Notes under the pieces: model-generated | The model's input: the letters and a program-made list of their open reading frames with translations, nothing else | What the model was told of the DNA's origin: nothing | Databases searched by the model: none | Position numbers and translations under genes: made by a program | Part shown: positions 35,340 to 38,851 of the stretch, one piece after another | Layout of the letters: every line of letters starts with the position of its first letter | Position numbering within the stretch: the stretch's first letter is position 1 | Source of the DNA: Myxococcota bacterium | GTDB lineage: Bacteria > Myxococcota_A > Polyangia > Polyangiales > Houyiibacteriaceae | Direction of reading: 5' to 3' | Length of the DNA stretch: 38,851 nt | Assembly (NCBI GenBank): GCA_039201085.1 | Contig: JBCCRV010000001.1 | Location: forward strand, 1-38,851

Positions 35340-36482
35340 GTGCGCCTCTCCTGCCGCGTGTGGGCTGTACTTGCGCTGTTTGCTGGCGCGGGTTGCGGTC
35401 AGCTTTTTTTGGAGGAAGTGCGCGTGGATGCTCACGTGATTGCCGTCGACCGCGGTGTCGATGGCGCGGACGAAGGCGGCGCTCCCTTGGAAGGCGGAGC
35501 GACGGAAGCGGGCCCGGACGTCTCGATGGAGGTGAGCGCGCAGGACGCCGATCAAACCCTGGACTCCGATGGAGGCGCCGACGACCTGACGCTGGATGAC
35601 AGGTTGCCCGAGCCGCTAGCGCCGATTCTCTGTGGGCGATCGCTCGCGGAGCTGGAGTTCGGTGCACCGGAGCTCATGGCCGAAGTGGCCAGCCTGATCG
35701 AAGCCATCATGCCTGGGCGCCCGGGCGTGCACTTTGACCCGGCCTTCTCCGCCGACGGTCTGACGCTCTACTTCACATCCGACCATGAGTTTGAGTTCAA
35801 GGTTTGGAGCGTGTCTCGCGCGACCCTCGATGGGCCCTTCGACGCCCTCGAGCGAGCGCCGGCCGACATCAACGGCGATTTTACGTTTCGAACCGATCAG
35901 TTCGGGTTCCAGCCCGTCGAGTCGCTAAACCTGGCGGCGATCACTGCGAGCTACCCCGTCATGGACCTCGAGCCGCCGGGCCGCTCGCATGCGTTCGTGG
36001 GACGCTTCGCGGGAGGCGCCTACGAATGGAGCGTATCGCCCGTGTCCTTCCTGCACGAATCGATTTCGGACGTGCGCCTTAGCCTCGACGGGCTGCGGCT
36101 CTACTACGGGGCACCCGGCGCGGGCGAGCGGGATATCTACGTGTCGGAGCGACCGGACTTGGCCAGCGCCTTTGAAACGTTCGACCGGGTGCCCTTTGTC
36201 ACGCAGGACGAGAACGATTCGGCGCCGGCGCCGGTCCGCGATCGTGACACGCTGCTTTTCGTACGTGCCGGCACCGATACGGGCGACGATCTGTTCGTCA
36301 CCAACCTCGGGCTCGACGGGCGGCCCGTCGAGCCGATCGAACTCAGCGGCCTGAACTCGCCCTCCTTCGACGGTGAGCCGGTGGTTCTAGAGCTTCCCGA
36401 TCGGTGCGAGCTGGTGTTTGTTTCAAGCCGAGGCGACGACTTCAAGCTCTGGCGAAGCGTGATCACTCCACGGATGGAGTGA
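35340..36482 (+). CDS. Secreted lipoprotein with TolB-like PD40 (WD40-like) beta-propeller repeats
   Basis: GTG start. Lipobox MRLSCRVWAVLALFAGAGC|G. Acidic linker. PD40-type repeats FSADGLTLYFTSD, LSLDGLRLYYGAPGAGERDIYVSER, RDRDTLLFVRAGTDTGDDLFV and ELVFVSSRGDDFKLW. Confidence 0.75.
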   Translation: MRLSCRVWAVLALFAGAGCGQLFLEEVRVDAHVIAVDRGVDGADEGGAPLEGGATEAGPDVSMEVSAQDADQTLDSDGGADDLTLDDRLPEPLAPILCGRSLAELEFGAPELMAEVASLIEAIMPGRPGVHFDPAFSADGLTLYFTSDHEFEFKVWSVSRATLDGPFDALERAPADINGDFTFRTDQFGFQPVESLNLAAITASYPVMDLEPPGRSHAFVGRFAGGAYEWSVSPVSFLHESISDVRLSLDGLRLYYGAPGAGERDIYVSERPDLASAFETFDRVPFVTQDENDSAPAPVRDRDTLLFVRAGTDTGDDLFVTNLGLDGRPVEPIELSGLNSPSFDGEPVVLELPDRCELVFVSSRGDDFKLWRSVITPRME

Positions 36483-36483
36483 T

Positions 36484-36500
36484 CGCGCTTACGGTGCGCG
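36484..36500. terminator. Short GC hairpin between convergent genes (possible bidirectional terminator)
   Basis: CGCGC-ttacggt-GCGCG lies in the 31-nt gap between the stops at 36482 (+) and 36514 (-). The stem is only 5 bp and there is no U-tract, so this is weak. Confidence 0.25.
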
Positions 36501-36513
36501 CCGATCCGCACGT

Positions 36514-38118
36514 TCACTCGGCCAAGGGCTCGGCGGGGCGGGGCGCCTCCGTGGGATCGACACCGGAAACGTCGCCGCCGCGCGTCGCGCGGGTGAAACG
36601 CCCGTCGTGGGCGAAGGCGCTGAAGCGGTAGGTTGGCGTGGCGCTGGCGAGTTCGGTCACAGGAATAAAGAACGTCACCACGTTCTGCACGACCACGACC
36701 CGCACCGCGCTGGGTACGTCCTGCTGCATTTGCGCGGCGTCCACCTGGGTGGCGCGCACGGTCCATGTGCTTGCCTGATGGTTCCAAATCAGCTGGTACC
36801 AGCGGTCCGTTCCTTGAAAGTAATCCCAGACGAAGGGATCGACGGGCATCCAGTTGTTCGCGTCGTCGCCGTCCGAATCGAAGACAAGCGAGTAAATATA
36901 GGATTGGTCCGGGTCATTGTCGGGAACGTCGGCGCCGAGAATCATCGTGCCAATCCACATGGCGCCTTCGGGAAAGACGCCGGGCGTGCCCGTGCAGACC
37001 GTTCGCAGGCCGTCGCCGAAGGTGTCGCAGGGGTAGGCGGTGTTTCCGAAGAGGCTGGCGATTTGCTCCTGCGAGACTTCACGATCGCGAACGCCAAAGT
37101 TCCGAATGTCGATGAGTTCATCGAAGAAACCGCAGGTGGCTTCTGGTCCTTCGCTATCCACGCAGTCGTCGGGCGCGTCCGAGATCGCTGGACCGAAGCA
37201 GGTGCCAACCGTCTCGCGAAGCGCCGTGTTGCGAACCGGCAGCGTGCCTTGAATGTCCGCGGCGCCGGACCTTTGAATGAGCACGGAGAGCGACAAGCGG
37301 TAGCGAACGTTGATCGTTACCGCGGTTCTTCCACCGCCCGTGCACCGAAAAACGGGGTCCCAGTCGCTGGGCAAGTCAACCACCCCAGAGCGCGTTGGTC
37401 CCACGATCTCCAGGTTCTGGAGCGAGCTTGTTGCAAACTCGCCGCGAATCTCCATCGGGACCAACGTGACGAAGATGGCCGTTTGGCCGTTTCCAAAGAC
37501 CACGGTTTCCTCGCCCGTGTCGACTTCGGCGTTCGCGCGCGTTTCCGTAAGGCCGCCCATGAAGGTCGCAGGGAGCGGCGACGCTTCGACGCTGACCGGC
37601 CTGACGCGCATGAAGATGAAGTCGCCGGCCGCCGTGATGAAGCTGAAGTGCGGGATCGGCAGCGAGACTTCGTTCAGCGCCGCATCCGGATCGACCGTCT
37701 CGCTTTCGATCAGCTCCACCGTGCCGTCGTCGCTTTCGAGCACGCCGATGGGCGTCGTGGACCACTCGCGGCGAAGAATGAGTGCGGCCGGCTCGCGAAA
37801 GCGAAGACCGCTCGGCAGCAGCTCGTAGCTGAGCACCGTTGCTTCGCTGTCGGTGGTGAATCGAGGTTCGACCGGCGTGACGGAGATGTCGGCCGCGCGC
37901 ACGCCCTCGGGAAGCGTGTTCGGCGCAATGATCAGCTCAGCGATTCCATCTCCCGCGTCCACGCGAATCTCGTCGTGCTCCTGAAATGCCCCATCGAGCG
38001 GCGCATCGTTTCCGACCTCTTGGGCGGTCCCATCGTTTCCGACCTCGGCGGCGCCGTCGGGTGCCGCCGAATCGTCTCCGCAGGCGACAAGCGCCAGAAG
38101 CAGGAGTGCGCGCCTCAT
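36514..38118 (-). CDS. Hypothetical secreted lipoprotein (about 534 aa)
   Basis: ATG at 38118 overlaps the upstream stop (ATGA) and gives the lipobox MRRALLLLALVAC|GDD. The longer listed ORF (to 38388) overlaps the upstream gene. No recognisable catalytic motif. Contains a short N-terminal repeat (AEVGNDGTAQEVGNDAP). Confidence 0.7.
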   Translation of the reverse strand: MRRALLLLALVACGDDSAAPDGAAEVGNDGTAQEVGNDAPLDGAFQEHDEIRVDAGDGIAELIIAPNTLPEGVRAADISVTPVEPRFTTDSEATVLSYELLPSGLRFREPAALILRREWSTTPIGVLESDDGTVELIESETVDPDAALNEVSLPIPHFSFITAAGDFIFMRVRPVSVEASPLPATFMGGLTETRANAEVDTGEETVVFGNGQTAIFVTLVPMEIRGEFATSSLQNLEIVGPTRSGVVDLPSDWDPVFRCTGGGRTAVTINVRYRLSLSVLIQRSGAADIQGTLPVRNTALRETVGTCFGPAISDAPDDCVDSEGPEATCGFFDELIDIRNFGVRDREVSQEQIASLFGNTAYPCDTFGDGLRTVCTGTPGVFPEGAMWIGTMILGADVPDNDPDQSYIYSLVFDSDGDDANNWMPVDPFVWDYFQGTDRWYQLIWNHQASTWTVRATQVDAAQMQQDVPSAVRVVVVQNVVTFFIPVTELASATPTYRFSAFAHDGRFTRATRGGDVSGVDPTEAPRPAEPLAE

Positions 38119-38851
38119 TGAAGGCTTACAAGCCGGTTGGCCACGGCGACGAGGGGCACGCCTTCGTCGTCCACGGTGAGGGCGACCGATTCCGGCGTAC
38201 GCCCAACAACGTCGCCACGGATCTGGTAGGTGCTTCGTTCGCTTCCCAGCGGATAGAAAAGCTCCGGGTAGCCGTTCCCGCCAATGCTGACGGCCCCAAC
38301 AACCCAGACTTGCCCATCCGGGCCCAAGGCTGCGTCGAGGTCCCCAAATCGAATCGAGTCGTCGGCGACCAGCGATGTTTCGCTCCACGATCCGTCGAAT
38401 CGGCTCACGTAGAGCCCTTGGGCACGGCTGCTGACGAGACCCGCCGATGCGATCATCGGTTGGTCCTCGCCGTTGAGCAGGATCGTACCGAAGACGCCCT
38501 TGTTCTCACCGGGCACATCTTCGACCGACCAGCTTCCGGCGCCGCCGCTCGCATGGCGCAGGATGGGCGCGTCGCCGACGATCGCGAGGTAGGAAAGGTG
38601 CAGCGTTCCATCGCTGGCCACCGCGATGCGCGCGTACTCGCCGTTTTGATCTCCGTCTGCAGGTGGATCCACCGTTTCCACATCGAAGGCATCGCCGTTT
38701 CGCCGTCCGTAGCGCAGGGCGAGCGTCCTTCGGTCGAACCAAACGACGTGAACATCACCGCCCGCGTCCACCGCAATGTCAAAGTGGGTGAACATATTGC
38801 CCACATTCGAATCGCCGATGGGGATCGCTTGCCAGGTCCCGGCGAGACACG
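38115..38851 (-). CDS. Beta-propeller-like repeat protein, C-terminal part (5' end outside the window)
   Basis: The frame stays open to the window edge (..CLAGTWQAIPIGDSNVGNMFTHF..). Repeats of about 45 aa: DIAVDAGGDVHVVWFD, RIAVASDGTLHLSYL, LNGEDQPMIASAG, ALGPDGQVWVVGAV, LTVDDEGVPLVAVA. Confidence 0.65.
   Translation of the reverse strand, partial: CLAGTWQAIPIGDSNVGNMFTHFDIAVDAGGDVHVVWFDRRTLALRYGRRNGDAFDVETVDPPADGDQNGEYARIAVASDGTLHLSYLAIVGDAPILRHASGGAGSWSVEDVPGENKGVFGTILLNGEDQPMIASAGLVSSRAQGLYVSRFDGSWSETSLVADDSIRFGDLDAALGPDGQVWVVGAVSIGGNGYPELFYPLGSERSTYQIRGDVVGRTPESVALTVDDEGVPLVAVANRLVSLQ

Noticed and set aside
35258-35599. 113-aa + strand ORF beginning in the long intergenic region and overlapping the PD40 gene out of frame
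   Set aside because: The product is Arg-rich and low-complexity. The overlapping frame starting at 35340 gives a clean lipoprotein signal and PD40 repeats.

Overview
High-GC (about 60-65% by eye) bacterial chromosomal window with about 25 protein-coding genes. I recognised no rRNA, tRNA, CRISPR array, transposase or integrase. The lipoprotein-rich secretome, sigma-54 motif, PrkA and RCC1-like repeats suggest a Myxococcota- or Bradymonadota-like lineage, but that is inference only. Layout: (1) fragment of a PLP dehydratase, a small membrane protein and a GFSQG carboxylesterase (1-1560). (2) A two-gene operon of giant paralogous HExxHxxGxxH metzincin lipoproteins (1963-11057), preceded by a perfect-consensus sigma-54 -24/-12 element, AT-rich palindromes and a structured leader of about 200 nt, and followed by a hairpin terminator. 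(3) Housekeeping block on the + strand: pdhA-pdhB-E2 (no E3), a translationally coupled three-gene GT-C (PMT/ArnT-like) glycosyltransferase module, then zwf, pgl and maeB (11201-22365). (4) A long minus-strand array (34818 down to 22369): RCC1-like beta-propeller lipoprotein, a 608-aa helical-repeat protein, an orphan prkA (no yeaH/DUF444 or spoVR partner), a TPR-like regulator with a C-terminal OmpR-type winged helix, a small Ig-like lipoprotein, a VWA lipoprotein, a Tat-signal carboxylesterase and an IPT + beta-helix lipoprotein. (5) A further group of propeller and lipoprotein genes (35340-38851). The most promising candidates for something undescribed are the sigma-54-driven giant metzincin pair and the PrkA-headed regulator/secreted-protein array. 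All domain calls rest on motif recognition by eye; no searches were run.
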